Part shown: one piece after another, positions 52,501-64,000 of the stretch | How the letters are laid out: every line of letters starts with the position of its first letter | Numbering within the stretch: the first letter of the stretch is position 1 | Assembly (NCBI GenBank): GCA_050084515.1 | Contig: CM114271.1 | Location: 48,546,001-48,610,000 of the forward strand | DNA length: 64,000 nt | Direction: 5' to 3' | Source: Blasia pusilla | Lineage: Eukaryota | Made by a program: the position numbers and the translations under genes | Notes under the pieces: generated by a model | Databases searched by the model: none | What the model saw: the letters and a program-made list of their open reading frames with translations, nothing else | What the model was told of the DNA's origin: nothing

Positions 52501-53824
52501 ACTCATGTTGAGGTCAATCCGCTTAGATCACCTTCAATGTAGGCTTTTCTATGTGAGAAAGCATCGCATCTCAGATTCTCCTCCATAGCTCCCGGTCAAG
52601 AATCCTATGCTAACATTGCACTAAGTATGCCTCAATCACTCCATATGTAGCAATGATTAGTCGCCACATGCACGTGAATGCCTCTCTTAGACTGTCAGTT
52701 GAACTCCGCTCAGACTCTTGTAGACTCTTCATCTTATCGGTCCCTGGTAGGTCATTCCTAATTGACGCAAGAACTCCACTAAAGGACTAAAATTAATTGG
52801 GTGGTGCTCTAGCACCAAAGGTCTTTGCCACCTCATCATCCTCACTTCCATCATCTCCATCTAGTCCTTAGACTAATATTGTTGTAGGCCTATCCCCTCT
52901 CATGATTACTATCCCATCATATGCCTCGCGGCCACTAGTACACATATACCGTGGAGCCCACTGCATCGTCCAAGCATCGATCTCTACCGAGTGTAAAAAC
53001 TGGAACTCCAAATAGTCATCCATTGGAGGACCCTCTAAGTGCTAGAACAAACCCTTCTACACCATGAAAGGGTTGAGCCCCATAAGGGCTTGTATCTTTT
53101 GGAAGTCACACCATATGTCAAACTCTTGAATGAACTCATCAAGATCAATGGTACCTACCGCATAGGAGAAACAATACATGCCCTAGTGGCTCTTGTTGTA
53201 CATATCCCTCCACGTGATATTATCTTTGTTTGCAATCTCATCACCAAACTCGCTGTCCATTGATGATGATCCAACCACACTTGGGATTCAGGGTGGTTCC
53301 TCACTTGAAGCTCCTAAATACCTCACTTCACTTCGTGTAATTCCGCTACCACTACTCTCAAACTACCCCATTCTTCCAAACCCTTGAAGAATGTCGTGAT
53401 GAAAACCTTGCCTCACATGCTCAAGCACTCATACTCACCAAGAATCTCTCACCCTCCTCATTAGCTCACATATGCTAGTGCTAATCCCATGATGGCACAT
53501 CTGGCCTCACGCACACTCCACGCTCAGGCTCACCCTGAGCCTCCGGAATTAGCTCATCTAAGCTACAGACACTCTCTTGGGTTATACATATGACCCCTAC
53601 TTGGAAATCAACCTATATCCACAAACATGCTACAAACATAAGGAGTCTACACTCATCACCATCGCTACACCCATCTAGCCTAAGTTCTATCTAATACTTT
53701 ACACCCTCAATGACATAAGACAATTGTAGGAAAAGGGACTCGAATGGATAAGCTGAACACGCATGCAATCACTCTACTGCATGGTCAACATTAACTGCTT
53801 CATATGGTACAACAAACTCAACGG
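49579..53824 (-). mobile_element. Highly degenerate subfamily-2 element F (leader-gag-protease-DNMT start-[deletion]-B')
   Basis: Reverse-complement similarity to element B leader, gag and protease (e.g. ITTPIDSYDVFVGSKVLYP). B'-type terminus at 49579. Confidence 0.7.
51070..51667 (+). mobile_element. A-B mini element ('solo' form) inserted in F
   Basis: TGTCACGTCTTTTAGGATAG (A) is joined directly to ATTGGAGATATTTTGGTAC...GTGCACAATA (B). 4-bp TSD CACT (51066-51069 / 51668-51671). Confidence 0.8.
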
Positions 53825-54400
53825 CATGAAAATCTCCTTGAACAACATATCAAACCTCATGTTATCGGATGTAGAGTACTACCCGTCATGACGGCCAGCC
53901 AGAACACCTCCGCTGGTCCAACTCCCATTGTTGCCAACTCCATGTCGTAAAACAACAAAGCCTTGCTCACCCTTGTGGCCACCTCAAACATCATGGTCAA
54001 CACTGGCTCCACCCAAGCCAACATAGGAGTTGTCTCTCCAACACCTCTTGACGTTGATGCACCTACCTTACCTTTGGGCACTATTGGTCATCTAGGCACC
54101 ATCCACAATGTCTGAAGTACCTCCAACAATGTAAACAATTAGGGACCCCTGGCTTGTTGCCCATAAGTTTCCTCTTGTGGGCAACAAGAGGAAACTTATG
54201 GGCAACAAGAGGAAACCGTTGAGGTTGTTGTACCATATGAAGCAGTTAATGTTGACCATGCAGTAGAGTGATTGCATGCATGTTCAGCTTATCCATTCGA
54301 GTCCCTTTTCCTACAATTGTCTTATGTCATTGAGGGTGTAAAGTATTAGATAGAACTTAGGCTAGATGGGTGTAGCGATGGTGACGAGTGTAGACTCCTT

Positions 54401-57400
54401 GGACTTTGTCTGCCAATTGATAGGTCGGTAATCTCCACACATCCGCCTATTCGTCCAATTGCCATGCACATCCTTCTTGGCGGGCATGACAGTGGCAGAT
54501 GCATATCCTCCATGCGACATCTCCACTAGTCCTGCTCTAGCCAAGTCCTGGCTCCTACTTTGAATCAGAGCCCTTTCCATGTCACTGTACCTGTAGGGTT
54601 TTCAGAAGATCGGCGTGTCACTCGACACTCAATGAGGATCCCTGGACCCTTCAGTGTACCCAAATCATACATTCTAAATGCAAAACAACTCCTATAACTC
54701 CTAAGGAATTGGTGTATCCGGCGCCGCTCTCCTCCTGTCAATTAGTGCCCATATCTGGCTTCCAAGTCTCCATCGTGACTACGGTAGGACTCTCCGGTGC
54801 GGGTGTCAGTGGTTGCTGTGGTGCAACCCCGTATCGGACAATAGAATTATTATCTCCACGTGCAGCACCGGGAACCACACTCGATTTTGTGGTTATCATC
54901 TCCTCGCATACTTGCAAAACATCCCAAGAAGTCCAAGGATGTCTCTCCCGACCACCCCTGGTGTTTCGATCTCCTCGGGTCTCACCCCCAACCGTTGCCT
55001 CAACCACCTCGGTAGGCATGGGGCTCACCAACGCAAAAATTGTGATATGTCGCGTCCTCAAATGACGCTGCTCAGCTACTCCTAAGTTGAAAATCCATGT
55101 CAAGCAGTTCAGGTCCATTGCCTGATCGAAGATATGACGTCGTGATGCCTCTGATAGTGATGGTACTGTCGTCGTTCCTGTGGGGAATCCCATCGCTCGC
55201 TCTCGCTCATTGCCGTTTGGCACCACCAACCTCTGTACTTGGTCATCCCAAACCAAGCCAGGTGCAACCTCCTTGAATGCATAGGAAGCGAGAAAACTCA
55301 CCAATGTGGGAAAGGCTGCCCGTGGCCTACCAATCCTATTGACCACAGTCAACGGTGGTCGATCATCTAGCCTTACTGCTTGTAATCGACGGCTTGGATC
55401 CAATATAGAATCCACCAACAAATCAAAGGGGCGCTCCACTCTCGCATATGCTCTCCATAACACCTCGTGTGGTACCAAGTTGGTCCACTAAAGATGCGGG
55501 CGATGTGCTCGTGAACCCACACTCGCCGCATCTAAAAACACTATTGGGCCGATCCATGCGCTCACCTAATGTGCACTCGTCACCACGCGAGACCTCGAAT
55601 TGCCCAAAATTGGCACATTCTCCAAAATGTATGATGGAGAACGAGGTTGATGCTCTTGTAAATGCCGCAAGATCCACATCATCTCCCAAAACAACCTGGA
55701 CCAAGTGTCAGCTAACCCGCTACCTCTTCTAGCACTCGATTGGCCCTGACACGGCCAACCAGCAATGACCAAGTCTATGATCCCTACCCGCTCCAAGTCC
55801 TGCGCCTCCAACAATGAAATGTCCCTCAGTAGGGAACTCTAGTAACCCTGAATGGCGGACGCATATAACAAGTCGGGAAAACGAAGGCGTAACAGCGGCA
55901 CATGGTGAAGTCAAGCGCGCCTTGCAACATCATCGATCTCCACATACACGTATTGCTGCACGCGCACTCCAGCGAGCAAAACAACAACTAGCCCAATGCT
56001 AATCCCTCCAAAGAGATCCAACACCCGAATATCCTTCTTTGGGATGCACGACACAATTGGGGTGGTGTCCAAAGGGGTCATAGTAGCACTCTTGCCTACT
56101 TGGGGTTCCTCTGACGTGTGACACTCGGTGCAAGCGTCTCGCTCCATGCGGATCCGCACATGCTTAGTGGCTAAGCGCCGAAGCTCCTCGGCCGAGCCCC
56201 AAAGCGACACCTCTCCTCCACGCACTAATGTGGCTACCATGAAACTCCTCTCCATAGAAATGTCAGGAATGGGAGTATCCTCTGCATGGACATGTCCCCA
56301 ATCAAATCACAAGGCTAAGTGATGGCATAACTAAATGCTGCTAAGGTCGCCATCTCTCCTGGCCGCCGCCCGATCATCTTGCACTTGTGAATCGAACGGG
56401 TAATGAGCTAAGACGCCCATCACCTCACCGCCATCTTGGTTTGTAGGACCTTGACTCCTCCCAATAATCCAAGGAAAACCCCATTGGCTATAACATCGCT
56501 CCACTAACCAAGGCGTCGAAGACTCTATATCAATCACTATCGCCTTGGCTCGCACCACGAACTCATCTATAGGATGTCTCGGGCGAATCCTCACCACAAC
56601 CTCCTATCGGGTGATATACTGTGTGGTACTCGCTCCACCCAAGGATGTCAGTATCTGGAATGGAAAACGCTCCACATCGGCTCTCGTCAAGCCCAATCCT
56701 CAGATTGACGCTTTCCCCAACATTAGGGGTTGCGCTCCTGAATCCAACAAGACGCGCTGCGGACTAAAAGCTCTACCTCCGGTTCTCACCAACTGGAAGA
56801 CCTCTCCTCGGCTATCTAGCAACACAACACGAGGAGAAGCCATGGGACGCTCTATTGTGGGTCTAGCGGGCATGTCTGCCATCCTAGCAACCGCATCCTG
56901 CCATGAATCTAACGTGGATGGCCCGAGCATCCGCTCTAAGGGCAGGTCCATCACCTCCTCTACTATCACCTCTGAACGTGATGCAGGAACTCCAACTCCG
57001 CGCTCACATAGTCTAGTGGCCAGTCAAAAAACCTCGGCGGGCGTACCTCCCAATGTCATTACATCGGGAGCACAAAATAAAGGACCGTGGTACATAACAA
57101 TGGCCGCCCCCAACAACGTGCTTGACACATGCCCCTCCCGAGCATCAGCAATAGGAGTTGCCGCATTCACTTCTCCCATTGCCCTCCGTGCCTGCACACC
57201 AATAACATCACCAACTCTCCAGGAACTCTGATCAAGACCCATCAATGGGGTCCTCATCGCTTCGGACAACGTGAAAGACTAAGGAAGCCTAGTCTATTTT
57301 CTAGCTTCCCCTCGCTGTGGATCCAACTTTGCGGCTGCTCCACGTATCACAACTGCGGCGGCCTCCATCTGGGCAACCCCGCACATCCAACCAGGATCCT

Positions 57401-60320
57401 CCATATTTATGGCTGCTCCATATGATGTCGATGCCACAGATCTGGCATCGGGTAACCTCAATGCTATAGCGGCAATCTGCTCCTGTAGCTGCTCTATCTA
57501 AGCAGCCATCCCAGCCTCACATCCCGCGTCTCCCTCGACGCGTCTAGGTGGTGGGACTCTACCTCCTCCACGAGCAGCTCCACTACCATGTCGGGCAACT
57601 TCAGCTCCTCGTCCCCCAACGAGACCACCTGGTGCACGATCTCTGGGCCCACCCGGACCAGCTACTTGCTCTAGTGCCCTCTTTGGCCCTCGATCCAGAC
57701 GTAACTCAGGATGTAAACTGAAACACATGGCGCGTGTGTGACCATACCTCTAACAATAATCACATTGATAACCTCCTGGTGTAGCACCATCTCCTCCTCC
57801 ATGCTGGGCCACACGTCCATGACTCTGATAAGTGCAATCGCGGTGAAGATGGGCTCCACCACATGACCAACAAGTAATAGTAGGCCGCTGGTGCTAAGCC
57901 GCATATATATGAAGGCGCAGGTCTCTGTGGCACGGCCTCCCGGTATCCTCCCTAAGCTTGTGGTGCCACAGTCAACCTATCTCGAAGTCCACGTTGCTGC
58001 ACAGATGGTGCAGACAATCGTGACTACTCTCACCAAGAACCCATGGTGGCTACGCTCTCCTCCGCCATGTTGCGCTCAATTTTCTTGGCGGTCCTAAAAA
58101 CATCTCTCAACGTAGGAGAGATGTTCATAAGAAGCATCCCCTCCCGCACCCGTGTCCGCACGGTCTGGTCTAGCATCGCGTACCATGAGTGGATAGCCTG
58201 AGCCTCTGTCACCCGCTGAGTGACGTTGATCAATCGGCGCAAGTGAGTGTAAGCCTCATGCAAACTCTCACGTAGATGCCTCTGGAAATCATGAATGCTC
58301 CGCAACTTCTCTGTCCGTATCCCTTGGTAGCTCGCCCTCAACTCATCGAAGAACTCAACCACGGGGTTGAACCTAGGACGAACTCGACTAGATGGTGCAA
58401 TTTCTCCAATGCGAGTGACCCCTCCTAAAACATCACTAGTGGAAGAGGAAGTAGCCTCTCCTGACTCCTCCTCCTCATCTGGGAACGGCTCCGTCCATGA
58501 CACATAGTGTGGGTCATAGTAGAGTCGCCATGCCTCAATCTCCTAGGCATATATGTGGAAGAACTCATGGTAATCGTCCATGGGCGCCCCCTCTAAATGC
58601 TGAAACATATCGTTCCATGTTGTAAACGGGTTGAACTCTCTAGAGTTCCTAGCCCGCTGTGAGTCACACCAACTCCTAAACTCTGTAATGAAGTCGTGTA
58701 GCTCTATGGTGCCTACTGCACCCGAAAACCTGCACGGTCCTCTACCTTTGGTCGTCCATCTCATACGCCCAACTGGTAGGATCACTCAATGTGTACGGTG
58801 GATCACTAACACACTCCTCCACACGCTCCCCCTCGTCTGAAGACGACATAGAAGGAGATTGAGGTGGTCTCTCACATAGAGATCCTCGAAACCTCGAACC
58901 ACTCCGGGTAAACCCTCCAGAGCTACTCTTAGTTTCACTACCTTGCCTCTCAAAATCTTGAAAGAACGCCCTGATGGCCCTCGTGCCCCTCTGACACGAT
59001 CACTCTCAATCTCGCGAGTTATCCCTCAATCACTCAAACTAAACATGCGGTACTCAATCTACACTCTCTCACTGAGAAGTGTGTTGTGCGGCAACAAGCA
59101 ATCTGGTGCGGCAAATCAATCGATCTATCGTCTCATCGATAAACCATCCTCAACTCTGGACATCCCACACATGTCTATGTCCCCTAAACCCATACATCAT
59201 CGATGCTCCTACTATCAGCACGAGATCCAATATCCCAAATAACTTCCCAATATCCCTAAATCCCTCACACGTGCAGGGTAAGAGACCAGAATGGGTATCC
59301 TAACAATAATGTCGATGTCGCTCCTCGGAAATTGCAAATCTCAACCCCAACTCGGTCGTGAAGACACAGCACGGCACTCAGGAATGAGGTGTGGCACTCG
59401 GCGGCATACCCTCCTCAATAAAAAATTCACACGCTCTGCTCCTTAGTGAAGGAGCGGTTCCGCTATCGAGACGATGCGGTGCGGCCACGAGCGGCAAGGC
59501 GCAGCAATTAGTGGCGCGTTGCGGCTACGGGTGTCACGGCACGGTACTCGATCATCGTCGAGCAACTACCAATCCCAACATAGCAACATGAAATGAAAAC
59601 TCAAACACCATAATCCGAGATCACCTTCCTTCACTGGTTAATAACAAAACTGCGATGACGGTGGCGGCCAAACCAAAGTATGTGGTGGCGGCGCAAGTCA
59701 GAGAATCAATGGTGATTGTGGAAGACCCTCCACTCCGTAATGGCGATAATGGCAACCAAAGGATGGACAACGGCTGAACGCGGCTCTGAGTAGCGCTAGG
59801 CGACGACAGCGGCTGACGATGGACGGTGGACAGTGGACGGTTGACGGTGACGGTTGATAATTGATGGTGACGGTTGACTCATACTCAATCCCTATAAAAA
59901 ATTGGGCAGCGCTTCCGTGCGCCACTCTTCCACACGAAAAATCAGCAAAGGAAACATCACAAGTAAGCGGCTCTTGCTCAAGTGATCACTCCCATGAACC
60001 GTTGAACGGGGAATACGATCCCCAGCTTGCAAAACCACCGAGTGACCAGCGAGCTCCCCCATGAAGCTCACTCACTCACTCATTCTCTCTTTGTAAAATA
60101 AGATCAAATCTCTCTCACAACACTATACTTCTCACATGTCTCTCTCAATATCAAACCAAACTCACTCTCCTAATGAGAGGCTTGGGTTACACACACAAGC
60201 CAAGCAAGACCATAGCTCCGCCGCCTCATGCCAAGAGGTTCAACAAAGAGAGGATAAGCTCTCAAGCTCTCTCTGCTTGAGGTGTACCCAAGCTCAAGCT
60301 CTCTCTGCTTGAGGTATACG
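54401..60320 (-). mobile_element. Element G (subfamily 1), truncated at both ends: partial A-leader-gag-protease-DNMT-start of RT
   Basis: Reverse-complement paralogue of E ~35760-42225. Gag 58030-58785, protease 56700-56969, DNMT 55085-56024, RT start ~54400-54620. Confidence 0.88.
55085..56024 (-). pseudogene. DNMT3-like C5 cytosine methyltransferase domain of element G
   Basis: Reads VLDLFGGISIGL, YVEIDD, DLVIAGWPCQGQSS, SRLFWEM, YILENVP, ERERAMGFPTGTT. ORF 54738-55478 runs without a stop from the MTase C-terminal part into the pre-RT linker (METWKPDMG). Confidence 0.92.
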
Positions 60321-60417
60321 GGGTCGACCGTCATTCGGTGTCTACATCGACACCAACATGAGCTTTGTGAGTTATGTCTCCCTCCCTTAAATTTATGACG
60401 TTTTCCCTTATGGTGTC

Positions 60418-60849
60418 ATGCTAGATAAGAGCATGGAAACTTTGTGGAATGAAGTGGTGCAGTACGAGGGAACCGACAAGATGTTTATCATCACCTTGCA
60501 TGAGCATCACTTTGTGCTAAGGGTTGCAGCCAAGTCAATCACCATTGTAGATACCCTAGGTTTTTGCCTAGACCGGGAATGTAAGAAGGCGTACCAAATC
60601 TTCTTTGACTCCAAGACGTCTATTGTGGTGGACAACGTATTCGACTATTCCATCAAAGGGAATGATCTCCAACAACCAGCGAAACAGTGCTTGTTGATGA
60701 GCGAGCAAGAAGTTGCCCATTTTTTCCTTGACGAGTATGGCCTACACGAATTCAAGCAGCGGTTTTTCATCTATATCATTGCAAAGGCTAAGGACGGGGA
60801 TATGGACCTGCAGTTTGGACGAGGAGTATCAAATGAAGAATTACAATAA
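60418..60849 (+). other. 143-aa ORF resembling the conserved C-terminal domain of plant NT-C2 domain proteins, possibly captured cargo
   Basis: SMETLWNEV...MFIITLHEHHFVLRVAAKSITIVDTLGFCLDRECKKAYQIFFD resembles, from memory, the SFDxIWDEI...YIVSWNDHFFVLKV...IIDTLGERLYEGCxQAYILKFD block. Not verified by search. Confidence 0.5.
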
Positions 60850-61184
60850 GTTCCAAGCTATCTACTAGATCCTAAAGCAATATCTCCAAATTGATTTCAC
60901 GAGGATTGTTCTGACTCCAAGGGAGGGAAGGTTTAGTTGGATTAACTTCGCCGATGGACTCAATAAGTTTATCCGTGAGATTCAGGAGAAAATTACCGAC
61001 CTTGCCACGGATAAGACATCCTTGCGATTGAGCAGGAAGAGAACTCACCGAGGGTAATAGATAGGTGAAATGATACTATATTTTTATGCCATTGGGTACA
61101 TTTGTAAATAGAACGTGAAATGTAGCATATTGAAGCGGATGGATTAAGGAAGTATGTTGCCCAAGTTTGAGCCGGTCCGTCTTG

Positions 61185-62360
<1,176 letters not shown>

Positions 62361-62369
62361 CTATACACA

Positions 62370-62610
62370 TCTAGCATTGTGGGTGGTGTCATCCCTCCAA
62401 TATCTCCCAATACATGCTTGTCCGCTGATCCATCTGATCTATCTCCACCTAGAGATATTGATGTATCTAGATGTCATCTTGCAACACTGCAACTACCCGC
62501 AGTATTAATTCCTCTAAAGAGATCCAACACTCTTGCACCCTCCTCCAGACAGTGCCACACAACATGTGTGGTATCCAAAGACATCAAGTCTCCACTCCAA
62601 ATGCATGACT
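62370..62610 (-). pseudogene. Further DNMT motif-I remnant
   Basis: Minus strand reads VWHCLEEGARVLDLFRGINTAG, homologous to VWQCPEEGVRVLDLFGGISTG of element B. Confidence 0.65.
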
Positions 62611-62611
62611 A

Positions 62612-63260
62612 TGTCACATCTTATTTCGACGTAGGTAGAGTTCTATCACGTCGACAACATAGAGCGTCAATAGGTTGTTCGGTTGTAACTTTGTTCCGAG
62701 ATGTCGGATGAGGTTAGCAACATGTCTGTTGTGTTGCGAACGTCATTTATTGTGATTTACCTATTTTGGTTTAGTCCGTCAGGTGACCCGTAGACCGAGT
62801 CAATGGTCACCCGATAACTTGTGCACGCAGGTTACTGTTGGTAGGGCTATTTTTGGCTCTTTCCAAAAGGTATAAGAGGGAGGAAGATGGCTTTCCCAAG
62901 CCATCTTTCTCATGTTGGGCCGTTGGAGCACCTCTCTTGTTGTGTGTGAGATAGGACGAGGGTGCTAGCATCTGGATTTCCTGAGAGCACAGGGTGGACG
63001 AGGCTTGATTTGCCGATGTAGATTCATGAGTGGAGTTTTAAGCTGGATGTGCCATTTTTACTACTCTTTATTTTACATGAGAAAGATGCAAGGGGGCAGG
63101 GATTTCGTTGTTTGCAGGTAGGCACATGAGTTGCCTCGGCTGGAAGCCCGTGGAGACGCTAGTTGGCGTTGTGTTTTTTTTTTTTTTCCGTTCAGAAGGC
63201 CGTGGGCGGAAGCGCTGTCCATTTTTTTGCAGATTTTCTTGGTGTGGATTGACGGGGAAC
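62612..63260 (+). mobile_element. 5' end (A' repeat plus leader) of another subfamily-2 element
   Basis: Starts TGTCACATCT and closely resembles 28054-28700. Confidence 0.78.
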
Positions 63261-64000
63261 AGCAGCAAAGTGTATCGCGCGGTCTGGCAGGAGTGTATTG
63301 ATGGTAGTAGCAGGAAACGTGGGGGAATCGAGAGAGAATTTGAGGTTGAGAAATTGCAGTTGTTCCAAAGGCGACTAGGTATAGGGCGAAGTTGGGCAAG
63401 ATAAGGGCACGAGCACTTTTAGGGTCGCCGCCCTGATTAGGTTGGGGTAGAGTCGCCGGGGTTGATGGAAGTATGGGAGTCAAAGTAGGACAAGGTCACA
63501 AGCCTCGTTAGACGTAGTAGGGCTAGGGGAGGCCAGCTAGGGAGGCGCGCCTTAGGGTCGAATGTGACCAAATTTGCAAAGAAGGAGCAAAGTAGCCTCC
63601 CTAACCCCAAACTAAGGAACGGGGAGATCCGGGGTTACAAGTAATCCCGGCCGGTCATTTTTAGAAATTTCCGACTACAGCTAAAAGTTCCCTCGCTGGG
63701 TTTCCGGTGGGTTGGGGACACGTTCAAAATCCTCCTGAACTGGCTGCTTAGGTCGGCTTTGGTCCGGATACCCCACGGCGTGAACGGCAACGGACCTTGG
63801 GCCCTATATCACGTCGGATTTAAATCGTCTCCTCACTACATTTGGAGGAAATCTACGGACGTCCTTTCTAGGTGTCAGAAAACGGGGGCTGGGTGATCTT
63901 TTAATCTGAACCGCCCATGTTACATCCCTAAATATCTTTAGGGATGGGCTACAGCTACTACACCGCTGCGGCTCTCATGAGTCCCGCAGACTCCCGCTTT

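Noticed and set aside
63260-64000. Possible other LTR at the window end
   Set aside because: Truncated by the window, with no partner repeat or coding motif visible.

Overview
This is a eukaryotic land-plant window, probably bryophyte-like (inferred only from gene style). The first ~25 kb holds two convergent, intron-rich genes that I could splice by hand into intact CDSs: a nodulin-like/NFD4 MFS transporter (+, 13 exons, ~629 aa) and mitochondrial P5C dehydrogenase ALDH12A1 (-, 16 exons, ~546 aa). From ~26.5 kb onward the window is a nest of decayed Ty3/Gypsy-type retrotransposons from two related subfamilies, with three unusual properties. (1) Their polyprotein reads gag(CCHC)-protease-DNMT3-like C5 cytosine methyltransferase-RT-RNaseH-DDE integrase-PHD finger. 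(2) They lack conventional paired LTRs: the most complete copy has split direct repeats (A1-ORFs-B1-A2-B2), while other TSD-flanked copies are A-ORFs-B or just A-B. (3) Their ends are TGTC...GACA (or decayed variants) with 4-bp TSDs. This fits a model in which the true LTR is B+A and integration occurs at a site inside it. All coordinates and alignments were done by eye and no database searches were run.
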